A stretch of DNA of 64,000 bases from Candidatus Poribacteria bacterium. GTDB lineage: Bacteria; Poribacteria; WGA-4E; UBA9662. Shown here in pieces: positions 1-11,205 of the stretch (positions within the stretch are counted from its first letter, which is position 1; every line of letters begins with the position of its first letter). The stretch spans positions 1-64,000 of the forward strand of contig JAYGDX010000195.1 in assembly GCA_046582655.1 (NCBI GenBank), read 5' to 3'. A program made the translations under genes and the position numbers. The notes beneath the pieces are model-generated. The model had not been told where the DNA came from and did not search any database. It saw only the letters and a program-made list of their open reading frames with translations.

Positions 1-1
1 A

Positions 2-117
2 ATTAAACAGTTTCGCCGTATTGCCAGGCGCTATGAAAAGCTTGATCGCAACTTCATGTCTAGGCTCAACTTGGTGTGTACCATCATCTGCTTGGCGTGA
101 ATGTTAACAGGCCCTAG
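2..117 (+). mobile_element. 3' end of an IS5-family (IS427-like group) element: transposase C-terminus plus probable right end
   Basis: Frame 2..100 reads IKQFRRIARRYEKLDRNFMSRLNLVCTIICLA*, matching the IS5 C-terminal signature KxFRRIATRY(D/E)K..NF. It is followed by ATGTTAACAGGCCC then TAG, resembling an IS427-type terminus and CTAG/TA target. Truncated by the window edge. Confidence 0.75.
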
Positions 118-131
118 CGGATGAGTATACT

Positions 132-1217
132 CTATTCATCAACCATCGAATTTTCTTCTGGATGGCTTTCCTGCTGGAACAAGGCATCAGTAAAATCTTT
201 GGCGACAAAGTCACGAAGATCATCAAGTTGTTCGCCAATACCAATTAACTTAACAGGAGCACCGATTTCATGCTTTACTGCAATCACAATTCCCCCCTTA
301 GCAGTACCATCAAGTTTGGTAACGGCAACACCAGTAATCGGGACGGCCTCATGAAATATCTTGGCCTGTATAATCGCATTTTGACCTGTTGTGCCGTCAA
401 TTACCAGTAGTACCTCGTGTGGTGCTCCAGGGATTGCTCGTTCCATTATCCGTCCAATCTTAGCAAGTTCATCCATTAAAGGTTTCTTAGTATGAAGCCT
501 GCCCGCAGTATCGACAATCACCACGTCAGCTCCGCGAGATTTTCCGGCTTCAATGGCATCAAAAACCACCGATGCAGGATCGGAACCCTCGCTTCCTTTA
601 ATTAGTTCGACTCCGGCGCGATCACACCATATCTGCAGTTGATCGGAAGCCGCGGCACGAAATGTGTCTGCTGCCGCAACGAGCACGTGGTTCTCTTCAT
701 ATCTGAATCGATGGGCAAGTTTTCCAATCGTTGTCGTTTTTCCGGAGCCATTAACGCCCAAAACAAGAATTGTGTACGGTTGATGATCAGAAATATCCAG
801 AGGTTGATCGGTTTCATCAAGGATATTGAGAATCTCTTGCTGGATTACACCTTCTAAATCGAAGGAGTCGCTCAGTCCCTTCGACTGCACGATATCACGG
901 ACATTGTCCATCAGCATCATCGTTGTATTTACACCTACATCAGCTTGTATCAGGATTTCTTCGATCTCCTCCATCAGTTCCTCATCGATTTTTCGATCTG
1001 CCCGCAGCAGAGATCGAATATGACCGACAAGGTTTTCTTGAGTCTTCGATAAACCCGATTTGAGACGATTAAACCAACCTGTTCTTTTTTCTTTCTCGGC
1101 ACCATTGATAGAAGGATCTAATTTCCCTTCGGTGGCATCCAAGTCCATTGCTTCCGGTGGTGCTGATGACTCTTGATCTTTTACTTTGTCCTTTTTCTTG
1201 AACAGGTTTCCTAACAC
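132..1217 (-). CDS. ftsY: SRP receptor FtsY
   Basis: GVNGSGKTTTIGKLA, DTFRAAA, DTAGR and TKLDGTAKGG motifs; follows smc. Confidence 0.97.
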   Translation of the reverse strand: MLGNLFKKKDKVKDQESSAPPEAMDLDATEGKLDPSINGAEKEKRTGWFNRLKSGLSKTQENLVGHIRSLLRADRKIDEELMEEIEEILIQADVGVNTTMMLMDNVRDIVQSKGLSDSFDLEGVIQQEILNILDETDQPLDISDHQPYTILVLGVNGSGKTTTIGKLAHRFRYEENHVLVAAADTFRAAASDQLQIWCDRAGVELIKGSEGSDPASVVFDAIEAGKSRGADVVIVDTAGRLHTKKPLMDELAKIGRIMERAIPGAPHEVLLVIDGTTGQNAIIQAKIFHEAVPITGVAVTKLDGTAKGGIVIAVKHEIGAPVKLIGIGEQLDDLRDFVAKDFTDALFQQESHPEENSMVDE

Positions 1218-1240
1218 TAGCTTGTGGTTTCCTCTAGTAA

Positions 1241-4200
1241 TTAATCGCTGAATTTTGCAGAAACAATTTTTGAAACACCTGCTTGTTCCATTGTGACGCC
1301 ATAAATGATATCTGCTGTTTCCATTGTTCGTTTATTGTGAGTAATAATAATGAACTGCGTCTGATCAGCATATTTACGAATTAGGTTGGTGAACCGTAAA
1401 ACATTCGACTCATCGAGCGCTGCATCAACCTCATCCATCACGCAGAAGGGACTCGGCTTAATTTTGAACATAGCAAAAAGGAGAGCAATCGCTACCAGAG
1501 AGCGTTCACCACCTGAAAGCTGCGTAATATTCTGAGGCCTTTTTCCTGGTGGACACGCAATGATTTCAACACCGGATTCAAGTAGGTTTGATTCATCTGT
1601 TAGCTGTAGCTTCGTTTCACCACCGCCAAACAACTCAGTAAAAACTTCCTGAAAATTTGCACTGATTAGATTAAAGGTTCGTTGGAAAGCTTCACGCGAT
1701 GTTTGGTTAATTTTCTCAATTGCATCATATGTAGAATCGAGGGACTTTTGTAAATCTTCCCGTTGCGAACAGAGAAAACTCTCTCGTTTTTTCTGTTCTT
1801 GGTAATCTTCAATTGCTTTAAGATTAATGGGACCAATAGCTTCAATTTGGGTTTTCAAATCTTCAGTCTCAGCTACCAGTTCAAGTTCGTCGATTTCATG
1901 CTCAGTATTTTCATCTTCAATCTGATCAATAGACACTTGGTATTTGTCTTGAATTTTTGACGAAATCCCCTTTAGTTGCATCTCCAATTGAGTCGTGTTG
2001 ACCTCTAACTGATGACGCATTCGGTTGTGTTTGTCAAACTGTTGTCTTTCCTTTTTAATCATCTTATGTGATCCAGAGATGGATTCGGTTATATTTTCAC
2101 GTTCGGTTTGAAGCGAATTGGCTTTTTCCTCACTCTCAAATTTTTCTTGCTCAAGTTCGAGAAATCGTTTTTGGGCTGAGTCAATCTGACCAGTAAGTTC
2201 CTGTTTCATCTCCTCATCGGAATTGATGATCTTTTGATGGTTGTGCATACTTTCAACTATTTGATTCTCATTCTCATCAAACGAGGTTATGGCCGTGCTT
2301 AAACTCTGTAGTTTTTCCCCTTTCGTGGCTAATGAGATTTGCAGGTCCTGACATGATTCTTCGACTTCTCTGAGCTTATTCTTTTCTGTCTCGACTTGCT
2401 CCATAAGTCGTTCAACCTTGCGGAGCAAGATGGAATCGGACTTCTGGGCCTGTTTTAGATCAGATTCGAGCTGATGGCGTTCTCCTTCAATTTGCTCTGA
2501 TTGTTCAATCAAATTGGCTCGCTCTTCCTCAATTGTACCAAGTCGCTGTCGGATTTGGTTAAGCTTTTGTTGCGATTGATCCAGCATTAAGAGAAGGCTT
2601 TTGTGCTCAATTTGGCTTTCTTGCCATTCAGTATTTAACTTGTGTCGGATTTGTTGTAGTTCATTGATGCGCTTGACAAGTTTTTTACGTTGCGAATCTT
2701 TTTCGATAATCTTTTGGTTAAGATTACTCACCTGTTTTTCCAGGTCTTCCAACTCTCTAGATCGACTCAGAAGCCCGCTAGTTTTACTACTTGTGTGTCC
2801 ACCCGTGACTGCTCCTGAGGTATTAATGACATCACCCTCAAGAGTTACGAGTCGGGCATTCGGTCGGAATTTCCGTGTCAGTTGCACAGCGATATCGATA
2901 TCCTCGACGACCAGCGTATTGCCTAAGAGCTGATCAATCGCCACATCATATTTGGGATTGCAATCAATCAAATCTCCAGCCACGCCAATTACGCCAGGTT
3001 GATTTAGCAATTTATCTTCGTTGAAATATCGAGGACGCAGGATATCAAGAGGTAAGAAGGTTACTCGTCCGGCACGTTTTTCTTTCAGGAATGCGATACC
3101 TGCTTGGGCATCTTCCGCCGTTTCGGTAACGAGATTTTGAATCGCACTTCCGAGTGCGACTTCAATTGCTAATTCGTAGTCTGGATCAGTATAAATGAGT
3201 TCGGCGATTACACCGCAGACGCCACCAAACTTTTTGGCATCAACCTCCTTTGCTTTTAGGATAGCGCGAACACCATTGTAGTATCCCTCGTGTGTGTTCT
3301 GAAGATCTTTTAGAGACTTGAGCCGCGATGCACTCATTCCCAACGATTCTTGTGAACCTTGTATCTCTATTTCCAACTTATGAAGATTGGTCTGTAGCTT
3401 CTGCAGTTCTTGATCGCTCTGATTCTTCTGACTGTCAATTCTAAGTAGTTCTACCGCCACCTGCTTCTCACGCATTTCAGATTCCTTGTGTGTCGTCAGT
3501 GCGGTATCGAATTCGGACCCTAGACCTTCTAAACTCTCATTAATTCGTGTGAAATCGGATTCTGAGTACTCCATTCTGTTATTGATCGAGAGTATCTGTC
3601 GTTCGACTGCCGAAATTTGGCTAGTTTCCTCTAAGCGTTTTGTTTGTGCAGCCTCGATCGATTGGTTGGTTTGGTTGACACGTGACATTAAGTCCGCTAA
3701 TGTACTTTTACGTGCGTTCAATCGATTCTCTTCTAGTTTGAAGGCGACATCAATTTTTGCCTGTTCTTGTTTTGATTTTTGCTTTTGTGCTTCAAGCCCA
3801 TCAAGTTGTTGTTGTAGCGATTCAATAGCCTGCGCAGCTCGTGAGCGCTGTTGCTGAATATTCAGCTGCCGCTCTTTATAGAGAACGATCTGCCGCTCGG
3901 TCTTTTCAATTTCACTCTGAAATTTAAGTACGACTGCTCGTCCCTGTTGAATCAGACGATCTAACTCTATTTGCCGATTGGTTGATTCTTCAATTCTCAA
4001 CTCGGTGGAGTCAATAGCCTCTCTAGCCTTGGCAATCAAGATCAGGATTTCTTCTAAATTGAGTTGAGTTTCGCTAAGTTCTTTGACAAACCGATTGTAC
4101 TCTTGTTTGCTGAGATTCAGTTCAAGCCCTTTCAACATCTGATGCAGTTTCTGGTATTTCTCAGCTTGTTCTGCTTGTTGGCGGAGTGATTCGGTTTCGC

Positions 4201-4798
4201 GTTCTAGCTCATGGATAATATCATTCACCCGACTGATATTTTGCTCTGTTTGCTCCAGTTTTTTAAGCGCATCCTTTTTACGATGTTTGTATTTCGTAAT
4301 ACCGGCAACTTCATCAAAAATCTGACGACGATCTTCTACACGGGCATTGAGAATAAGATCAATCTTACTCTGCTCCATCACAGAATAGGCATCGACCCCA
4401 ATACCGGTGTCCATAAACAACTCGTTGATATCTCGAAGCCGACTGGGAACCTGATTAATCAAATAATTACTTTCGCCATCCCGCTTTAGCTGCCGCGTGA
4501 TTTCAAGTTCAGGGGATTCAAGTGCTATCCTGTCTTCGATGTCTGCAATTCGCATTGCTACTTCAGCCTTGCTTACAGGCTTCAGCGATTCTCCACCATT
4601 AAAAAGAATAGCTTGCATATTCGCACAACGTAACGATCGCGGACGTTGCTCACCAAGTACCCAGCGGACAGCATCAGAAATGTTACTCTTTCCACATCCA
4701 TTGGGGCCAACAATCGCTGTAACACCCGGGTTCAAAATTAATTCAACTTCGTCAGCAAAACTCTTAAAACCGCTAATCTTAAGTTGGCTAAGATACAA
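1241..4798 (-). CDS. smc: Chromosome segregation protein SMC
   Basis: Walker A GPNGCGKSN, long coiled coils, hinge (GRVTFLPL), LSGGE signature, DEVDAALD; TTG start with GGAGG RBS. Confidence 0.97.
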   Translation of the reverse strand: MYLSQLKISGFKSFADEVELILNPGVTAIVGPNGCGKSNISDAVRWVLGEQRPRSLRCANMQAILFNGGESLKPVSKAEVAMRIADIEDRIALESPELEITRQLKRDGESNYLINQVPSRLRDINELFMDTGIGVDAYSVMEQSKIDLILNARVEDRRQIFDEVAGITKYKHRKKDALKKLEQTEQNISRVNDIIHELERETESLRQQAEQAEKYQKLHQMLKGLELNLSKQEYNRFVKELSETQLNLEEILILIAKAREAIDSTELRIEESTNRQIELDRLIQQGRAVVLKFQSEIEKTERQIVLYKERQLNIQQQRSRAAQAIESLQQQLDGLEAQKQKSKQEQAKIDVAFKLEENRLNARKSTLADLMSRVNQTNQSIEAAQTKRLEETSQISAVERQILSINNRMEYSESDFTRINESLEGLGSEFDTALTTHKESEMREKQVAVELLRIDSQKNQSDQELQKLQTNLHKLEIEIQGSQESLGMSASRLKSLKDLQNTHEGYYNGVRAILKAKEVDAKKFGGVCGVIAELIYTDPDYELAIEVALGSAIQNLVTETAEDAQAGIAFLKEKRAGRVTFLPLDILRPRYFNEDKLLNQPGVIGVAGDLIDCNPKYDVAIDQLLGNTLVVEDIDIAVQLTRKFRPNARLVTLEGDVINTSGAVTGGHTSSKTSGLLSRSRELEDLEKQVSNLNQKIIEKDSQRKKLVKRINELQQIRHKLNTEWQESQIEHKSLLLMLDQSQQKLNQIRQRLGTIEEERANLIEQSEQIEGERHQLESDLKQAQKSDSILLRKVERLMEQVETEKNKLREVEESCQDLQISLATKGEKLQSLSTAITSFDENENQIVESMHNHQKIINSDEEMKQELTGQIDSAQKRFLELEQEKFESEEKANSLQTERENITESISGSHKMIKKERQQFDKHNRMRHQLEVNTTQLEMQLKGISSKIQDKYQVSIDQIEDENTEHEIDELELVAETEDLKTQIEAIGPINLKAIEDYQEQKKRESFLCSQREDLQKSLDSTYDAIEKINQTSREAFQRTFNLISANFQEVFTELFGGGETKLQLTDESNLLESGVEIIACPPGKRPQNITQLSGGERSLVAIALLFAMFKIKPSPFCVMDEVDAALDESNVLRFTNLIRKYADQTQFIIITHNKRTMETADIIYGVTMEQAGVSKIVSAKFSD

Positions 4799-5218
4799 AG
4801 TTTCAATCCTCCGGATTTGAGGCTCTTCTCTGCAAGAGAAGAACGTTGACGCATTACAATCTGTTTCAAATGTTTATTGGGTTTTATCGATTTGTTACCA
4901 TATTTTATCGACTTGTTCAAATCAGATGCAATATAAACTCAGATTCCTATTTTCATTTTGGATTGAATGCGGGTAGCTAAATCTGAATTACAAGTGAGTG
5001 AAGTAGCATGAAATCCACGGAAAATTTCAGATTAAAGGCAAGATGAGGTTTGTGACAAGGTGGGCTTAAAGTCTGAGAAGAACTAAGTTACCAAGGGGGC
5101 TTGGAATAGGTTCGATGCTACTAAATATGCCATATTTTCACCTGTTAAGTAAGTTCAAATTTTGTCACAACATTGAGAATCAAGCGAGCGTTATTACTCT
5201 GTAGGTTCATCAGGTGTG

Positions 5219-8200
5219 TTAGAAGTCAAATGAGCCGATGTCATCGGTTTCTGAAGGAAGTGCATTCTGATTCTCCATCTGTTTCAAAACCTTCTCAAGC
5301 AGATTCAAATGCGTTCCATAGCTTGCCCAGTCGCCCGATCTCTGTGCTTTTTGAGCTTGGTTCAAATATTGATTTGCACGCTTAGCCAGCTCAATCAGAC
5401 TGCCGTCCAGCAAAATATCATCAACAGGCAAGTTCGTCGCTTCTGCTCGCCGTTTCTCGGAAGATCTTGACATGGAATCCATTGGTGAAACATTAAAGAG
5501 CTTAATTAATGCTTGATCAAGACTTGCTCCCCAAGCAACTTTTTCCCTATAACCGACAACGACACGACGTAACTCCGGAATTGCCGAGTCCCCTTCCGAC
5601 TGGATATATATTGGTTCTACGTACAACAGTGATTTACTCATCGGGATGATTAGAAGATTGCCGCGAAGTACACGAGAACCCTGGGTGTTCCAAAGCGAAA
5701 TCTGCTGTGAGATATCCGGTTCTTGGCTGATATAGTTTTCTACCTGCATTGGGCCAGAGGCCAGTTTTCCTTTTGAGAATCTGTAAACGATCAATTGGCC
5801 ATACTGAGGCAAATCACAGCGTGCTGCCATCCAGGCAGTAAGGTTTCGCTTGTTTTTTGGAGTGAAGGGAAGCATTAACACAAATTCTGCACGTTCTTGT
5901 CCCGGGATTTTAACGATAACATAATAAGGAGCAACATCTTGCACATTTGAAACTGTTGGAGCGATTCTTTCCGGTGCTGGAGCAAATGGATTAGATTGAA
6001 CCGGTTGTGTCGGTTGTCTTGGTTGTTCAGTATTATCATAAATTTCTTGACCAATTTGCCACGGATCTTCTCCCGCGTAAAAAGTAATTGGATCCTTCAT
6101 ATGGTAATCTTGATACATGCGTGCTTGGATTAAAAACATCGTCATTGGATAACGAATATGAGTTTTAAGATTGTCAGGCATTTCTGAAAACGGCTTAAAT
6201 AAATTTGGAAAAATTTGATCATAGCATTGCACAATTGAATCGTCTTCTCTATCCATCCGGTAGAAGTTTACCGTACCATCGTAGGCATCAATCGTTACTT
6301 TAACTGAATTTCGGATGTAGTTTCCCCAAGGCCTTTCTCCTCCTTGGATTCGTCTTGATGTGCGTATACCCTGACGCTCCGCTATAGTTGATCTTAATAC
6401 ATCCTGCATCGGTGATGAATAAGGGTATCGGTTTGTTGTGGTATAGGCATCAAGCATCCAAATAAGTCGACCTTCATGAATGACAAGGTAGGGGTCTTTA
6501 TCATAGTGCAAAAATGGGGCAATTTTTTGTGTCCGTTCTTTGATGTGGCGATGGTACATGACACGACTTGTTCGTTTTATTGGCCCAGGTAAAACAAACT
6601 TTATTTCGTTGTTGAACTTGAGCATATAAACCAGCCTGCGCCAGGGAGATGACAATTCAATTCCGCCTTGCCCCTGATAAGCATACGTCTTATATTCTTG
6701 ACCAACCGACAGAGGATAATCAAATTCAAGTAGTTCCTCTTGGCCGGGATGCGTGATAATGTAGTGTGTGGTCCGCTCTCCGTAGTAAATTCGAGGACCT
6801 GGATTGTCAGCAAATTTCAGATTCCATTCCGGCGCGTAGGTAATCGGATCAATATCGCGAATGTACATTTTGGGTTTTCCGTCTTCAATTTCACTAACTG
6901 GACTCATCACAGCACCATAGCCGTGTGTGTAGACATAGGTTTTTTTGTACCAATCTTTACGGGCACTTGGTAGATCGTTTATGTTCAATTCGCGTCCCGA
7001 GAGCATTACTTGCCGGATATTACCATCTATCTGGTAACGGTCAACGTCTACATCGACGAAATCATACTGAGACCTCAATTCCTGTAATTGACGGAAAGTT
7101 CGTCGCAAAGGCCTCCAATCCCACAACCTTGAGCTGTTGATAACCGCAGCATTTTCTGGGCTCATTACGTCCTCATATGTCAGTTCACCCGTAAGGGGAT
7201 ATTCTTCTTCGGTAACCCGTTTATCGGTAAGTCCGTAGGCGTGAAGTGTGGCCTCAATGTTATGCTTGATATATTTAGCTTCCAATTCTTGCTTGTTCGG
7301 TTCAACACGAAACCTCTGAACAAATGTCGGATAAAACTGACCAACAAAAAAAATTGTGAAAAACAATATTAACATTCCCAATGCATACCGTACACGGCGA
7401 AAAAACATGCTGATAAAAAAAACGATACCACTTACAGTAGCCGATACCAGCGTCACCCATAAAAGTGGCAGACGTGCATGTATCGCAGCATATCCACCAC
7501 CAACACGTACGACATCGCTACTGGGTTTGTTAAGCAGTTCAAACATCATGAATCGACAATTCCAAGCAAAGAAGATAAGGGTTAGGGCAATCAAGGCAAA
7601 TAGGTGAGCTTTGACTTTCTGAGGTGGCTCTAGGCGATTGCGATCACTAAAGATTGCGCCATGGAAGAAGTAAATTACCGAAGTGAAAATGGTTAGTAAC
7701 ACCAGGACTCCGAATAAACTGCTGCAGATAAACTGTTCAAACGGCATCCGAAAAATATAATAGCTTATATCTTTGTCAAATATGGGATCGGCGTTTCCTA
7801 TGCTGATATTTTCGGCTCCAAGGTAACGAAGCACAATTTCCCATTTGCTAGATGATGAGTAGCCAATCAATATGCTGTAGCCAATCGAGAGCAGTGTCAG
7901 AACAGAATAAACTATTTTTCGGAGGTCGAAATCAAGTTCCCCTCCAATTGGAATCGCATCAATGATTTTAGGACTGAAACGGGCTGGGGAAAAGCGGTGC
8001 AGAAAATAAAGATTACCTAACGTGATGGTTAAAAAGACAAGGCTTACCACGAACCCGAGAAAAATTTTGGTAATCAATATTTTTTTGTATACTCCTAAGT
8101 AGCTTACCATGCTAAACCAGAGCAAATCTGGATAGATCTTCACCAAAATTGCGGAGAGTGACATCAGCACCAAAATTACTATTGCAAAAACGACTAGTCT

Positions 8201-8221
8201 TTTAAGACGAAAGTCCATCAA
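5219..8221 (-). CDS. UPF0182 family membrane protein
   Basis: N-terminal multi-TM region; RLWD, YTHGYG, PRIYYGE, NYIRNSVKVTIDAYDG, LLYVEPIY motifs. Confidence 0.9.
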   Translation of the reverse strand: MMDFRLKRLVVFAIVILVLMSLSAILVKIYPDLLWFSMVSYLGVYKKILITKIFLGFVVSLVFLTITLGNLYFLHRFSPARFSPKIIDAIPIGGELDFDLRKIVYSVLTLLSIGYSILIGYSSSSKWEIVLRYLGAENISIGNADPIFDKDISYYIFRMPFEQFICSSLFGVLVLLTIFTSVIYFFHGAIFSDRNRLEPPQKVKAHLFALIALTLIFFAWNCRFMMFELLNKPSSDVVRVGGGYAAIHARLPLLWVTLVSATVSGIVFFISMFFRRVRYALGMLILFFTIFFVGQFYPTFVQRFRVEPNKQELEAKYIKHNIEATLHAYGLTDKRVTEEEYPLTGELTYEDVMSPENAAVINSSRLWDWRPLRRTFRQLQELRSQYDFVDVDVDRYQIDGNIRQVMLSGRELNINDLPSARKDWYKKTYVYTHGYGAVMSPVSEIEDGKPKMYIRDIDPITYAPEWNLKFADNPGPRIYYGERTTHYIITHPGQEELLEFDYPLSVGQEYKTYAYQGQGGIELSSPWRRLVYMLKFNNEIKFVLPGPIKRTSRVMYHRHIKERTQKIAPFLHYDKDPYLVIHEGRLIWMLDAYTTTNRYPYSSPMQDVLRSTIAERQGIRTSRRIQGGERPWGNYIRNSVKVTIDAYDGTVNFYRMDREDDSIVQCYDQIFPNLFKPFSEMPDNLKTHIRYPMTMFLIQARMYQDYHMKDPITFYAGEDPWQIGQEIYDNTEQPRQPTQPVQSNPFAPAPERIAPTVSNVQDVAPYYVIVKIPGQERAEFVLMLPFTPKNKRNLTAWMAARCDLPQYGQLIVYRFSKGKLASGPMQVENYISQEPDISQQISLWNTQGSRVLRGNLLIIPMSKSLLYVEPIYIQSEGDSAIPELRRVVVGYREKVAWGASLDQALIKLFNVSPMDSMSRSSEKRRAEATNLPVDDILLDGSLIELAKRANQYLNQAQKAQRSGDWASYGTHLNLLEKVLKQMENQNALPSETDDIGSFDF

Positions 8222-8247
8222 TTATTACTCCATATTTTATTTTAAGG

Positions 8248-11205
8248 TTAAAATGCTTGTCCCAAGCCAAAATGATAAGTAACTTTAGGTTCAATTCGAG
8301 ATAAATCTGTACGACGGGCTGCAACAAAATCGAGCGCAAACAGTCCTAATTGTAGGCGCATCCCAATGCCGATGGATCCCTTAATATCCTTAAGTCGGAT
8401 ACTGTTACCTTTGGTGTTGGCAGCTTGGTATGGATTGTTAGGTCCAAATTTATATTCTTTGTGAATAAAGATAGATTTATTCGAATCATCGCTCCAAACC
8501 GTTCCAAAATCGGAAAAAGCAATACCGCGAATGCCACCAATACTCCATTCAAGTGGCCAGCCGAATCGAAGCTCATCGATGAATGGAATCCGGAGTTCAA
8601 CATTAAGAAGTCCGATGCGAGTTCCAATCAGATCTTCGTAATTGTAGCTGCGCAACGTATCGATTCCGCCAAGATAAAAAAGTGACTGATCGGGGCCAAA
8701 GCTACCACCTAACAAGAGTCGTGTTGCAATCGTTGACCGACGTCCAACTTTGAAATATCTACGCGTGTCAAACATAAAGTTGGTGAGATCCAGCGCACTT
8801 CCAATTTGCGGGAAAGCTTTCTCAACAGACAATTTCGATCGAGTTCCAGCGTGTGGACCGAACTGACGCCACCTTGTTGTATCGCTAACAAAAGATAACG
8901 ACCCTATTGATAGCAATCCCCTCGGATTATCAAAAGATTGACTGGATGCGTAGTTATAGGTGAAAGGCGTTGAATATAATTCAAGTTTGAGGTCAAGCCG
9001 GCGGTATCGGTTAAATGGGTAGCTTATGTATCCGGAAAAACCAGTGGTTTGCTGTAGTACTCCACGTCTGCTGGTGATTGAGGAAAGAATATGATATTCA
9101 TGATAATTGAAAATTGAAGCCCCAAAGTTGGCTTGCTTTTCTAGGTACCCATAACTCGCCACAAAGTCGGGTGCAAAATATCCTGACTGGTTTATCAAGC
9201 TTAAACCAAATCGATGATTACCCATCATATCGCTGGCAATCAACTCTGTCATGTTGCGAAGTAGACCGTCTGCTCTCAAACTGAAATCGGTAAAGATCGC
9301 ATCAATGCCAACATTTGCTTGGTATTTTCTCCGTGCGATTCTTCGTTTAACTGTCTCAGATTGTGGTAATTCCTGTGCAAATTCAGTTCTTTCTACTGGT
9401 GGCAAATCAATCTTCTGATTGACTGCCTTTTCCATTTCCATGATGTAGACATCCTGTTTGCCCTGCCGATAGCCACTGAAGAGAATTCTCTTCATGTCTG
9501 GTGAGAAACTGGCATCGGAACAACCAGTTAAAATATGTGTCAAACGTATTAGTTCAGTTCCATCTGCGTTCAAGGTATATAAATCAAAGACATCACTGAG
9601 ATCAGCGGAAAAGATCACTTTATCACCTTCAAGCGACCAATTTGGCGCGACCGCATTATACTGATCATGAGTCAGTTCCCAACCTGTATTACGATCAAGA
9701 TCTAGGAGCACAAGACGGTTTTTCCCCTCTCGTTCTGAGGAATATACAATCTGATTCTTCTTCGGGTGCCACACTGGGTAGTTATCGTCAAACGGATCAT
9801 CTGTTACACGCTCAATTTTGTGATCTTCCAAATTAATTGTGAAGAGATCCATCTGATTATTGTCCAAGGCGGCAAAAGCAATGCGCTCGCCGTTCGGGTG
9901 ATAAGTTGGTGAATAAGCTGCATCGTATTTCAATTTAATGCGGGTTCTGATTTCCTCAGCTAAAATGTCGATTTCCAGCAGGTGGATTGATTTACGATAG
10001 CGTGCGAGAAAGGCAATTCGATCACCATCAGGGGACCATGCCAGACCGTTGCCATTCGTAAGGATATCTTCATATTCGTTCTGAAAAAACCTTTTGCTGA
10101 CTCGAAAAAGCCGTTTACCTGTTTTAGCAGAGACTAGAATAATTTCTCCAAATCCCTCATTTCCGGTGATATAGGCGACAATATCACCGCTAGGCGACCA
10201 GATCGGTTTAATACTGTGTGAGTAACGTGAATCCTCAGTCACATTTGTAGCAACCGTTTCCGGAAAGTCCTTATCGGCCATCATTGGCCAATATTTTTTT
10301 TTAAGCCAATTTTGCCAATTTTTATCGAATTCCTTGACTGTGATATTAAGAGTGTTTTTGAAGGCTTTGTCCAGATTTTTTGTTCGACTTTGCCGCAATT
10401 CATACATTATCTCACCAATTTTCTCCCGACCATAAGTATCAGCCAGATAGCCGACCGCTGATTGACCAATCTTATAACCCAGGTAAATTTGTGATCCAAG
10501 TGCTCGAAAATCCTTAAGACGCGTTAACGGCAAAATTTTGTTATCTAAACACCCATCGCGTAAAACCATTTCCCCCATTGCATTGATATCGTTAGCCAGG
10601 TAGTCCGCACTCCCTTCAATGAACCATATTGGTGCGCTATACATGAATTCACCGCTATAGATCCGCGCAACCGGTTTTTGATAGATAATATCGTATTGGA
10701 AAATGTGAACCAATTCATGGAAAATAACTTCCCTAAATGCCTCTAAAGAACCAGTAAAGGGTATCACAACACGGCGTTTGAAGATCTCTGCAAATCCACC
10801 AATCCCTTCACTTAGTTCTTGGAGGATGATGTTGGTATCACGAAAGTCAGTATGTGACTGGTATAGAATCAAGGGTGTACGGCTCTTGATTTGATGTTTA
10901 AAATCTTCACTGTGCTTTTCATACGCTTCTTCCGCAATGTCAGCCATGATCGGCACCAATCTTGAATTTTCCGTGTAGTAGTAGATATCAAAGTGCTCTG
11001 TCCGATGAATCATCCAACCAAACTGTTGATTCGTTACTTTGTTTTTGCCGAAATATTGTGCTGAGGCAACAGAAAATCCAAAACAGAATATCGAGCTGTA
11101 AAGGAGACATGTGAGTAGTTGAGGTCGCTTTTTCAAGTTGTCAGTTTGATGATTAAAATGTGACTTTCGTTTTAATGACTTAACGATTAGATGGTGGGTT
11201 ATCAT
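8248..11205 (-). CDS. Omp85/BamA-TamA family protein with N-terminal zincin-like domain and PD40/TolB-like propeller
   Basis: Signal peptide ending ASA-QYFGKNKV; HELVH...WFIEG zinc motif; repeated WSPxG/FSPD; C-terminal barrel with LGGIDTLRSY and terminal Phe. Confidence 0.8.
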   Translation of the reverse strand: MITHHLIVKSLKRKSHFNHQTDNLKKRPQLLTCLLYSSIFCFGFSVASAQYFGKNKVTNQQFGWMIHRTEHFDIYYYTENSRLVPIMADIAEEAYEKHSEDFKHQIKSRTPLILYQSHTDFRDTNIILQELSEGIGGFAEIFKRRVVIPFTGSLEAFREVIFHELVHIFQYDIIYQKPVARIYSGEFMYSAPIWFIEGSADYLANDINAMGEMVLRDGCLDNKILPLTRLKDFRALGSQIYLGYKIGQSAVGYLADTYGREKIGEIMYELRQSRTKNLDKAFKNTLNITVKEFDKNWQNWLKKKYWPMMADKDFPETVATNVTEDSRYSHSIKPIWSPSGDIVAYITGNEGFGEIILVSAKTGKRLFRVSKRFFQNEYEDILTNGNGLAWSPDGDRIAFLARYRKSIHLLEIDILAEEIRTRIKLKYDAAYSPTYHPNGERIAFAALDNNQMDLFTINLEDHKIERVTDDPFDDNYPVWHPKKNQIVYSSEREGKNRLVLLDLDRNTGWELTHDQYNAVAPNWSLEGDKVIFSADLSDVFDLYTLNADGTELIRLTHILTGCSDASFSPDMKRILFSGYRQGKQDVYIMEMEKAVNQKIDLPPVERTEFAQELPQSETVKRRIARRKYQANVGIDAIFTDFSLRADGLLRNMTELIASDMMGNHRFGLSLINQSGYFAPDFVASYGYLEKQANFGASIFNYHEYHILSSITSRRGVLQQTTGFSGYISYPFNRYRRLDLKLELYSTPFTYNYASSQSFDNPRGLLSIGSLSFVSDTTRWRQFGPHAGTRSKLSVEKAFPQIGSALDLTNFMFDTRRYFKVGRRSTIATRLLLGGSFGPDQSLFYLGGIDTLRSYNYEDLIGTRIGLLNVELRIPFIDELRFGWPLEWSIGGIRGIAFSDFGTVWSDDSNKSIFIHKEYKFGPNNPYQAANTKGNSIRLKDIKGSIGIGMRLQLGLFALDFVAARRTDLSRIEPKVTYHFGLGQAF

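Noticed and set aside
4799..5218. ncRNA in the 420-bp gap upstream of smc
   Set aside because: No SRP, 6S, tmRNA or RNase P hallmark and no strong hairpin identified
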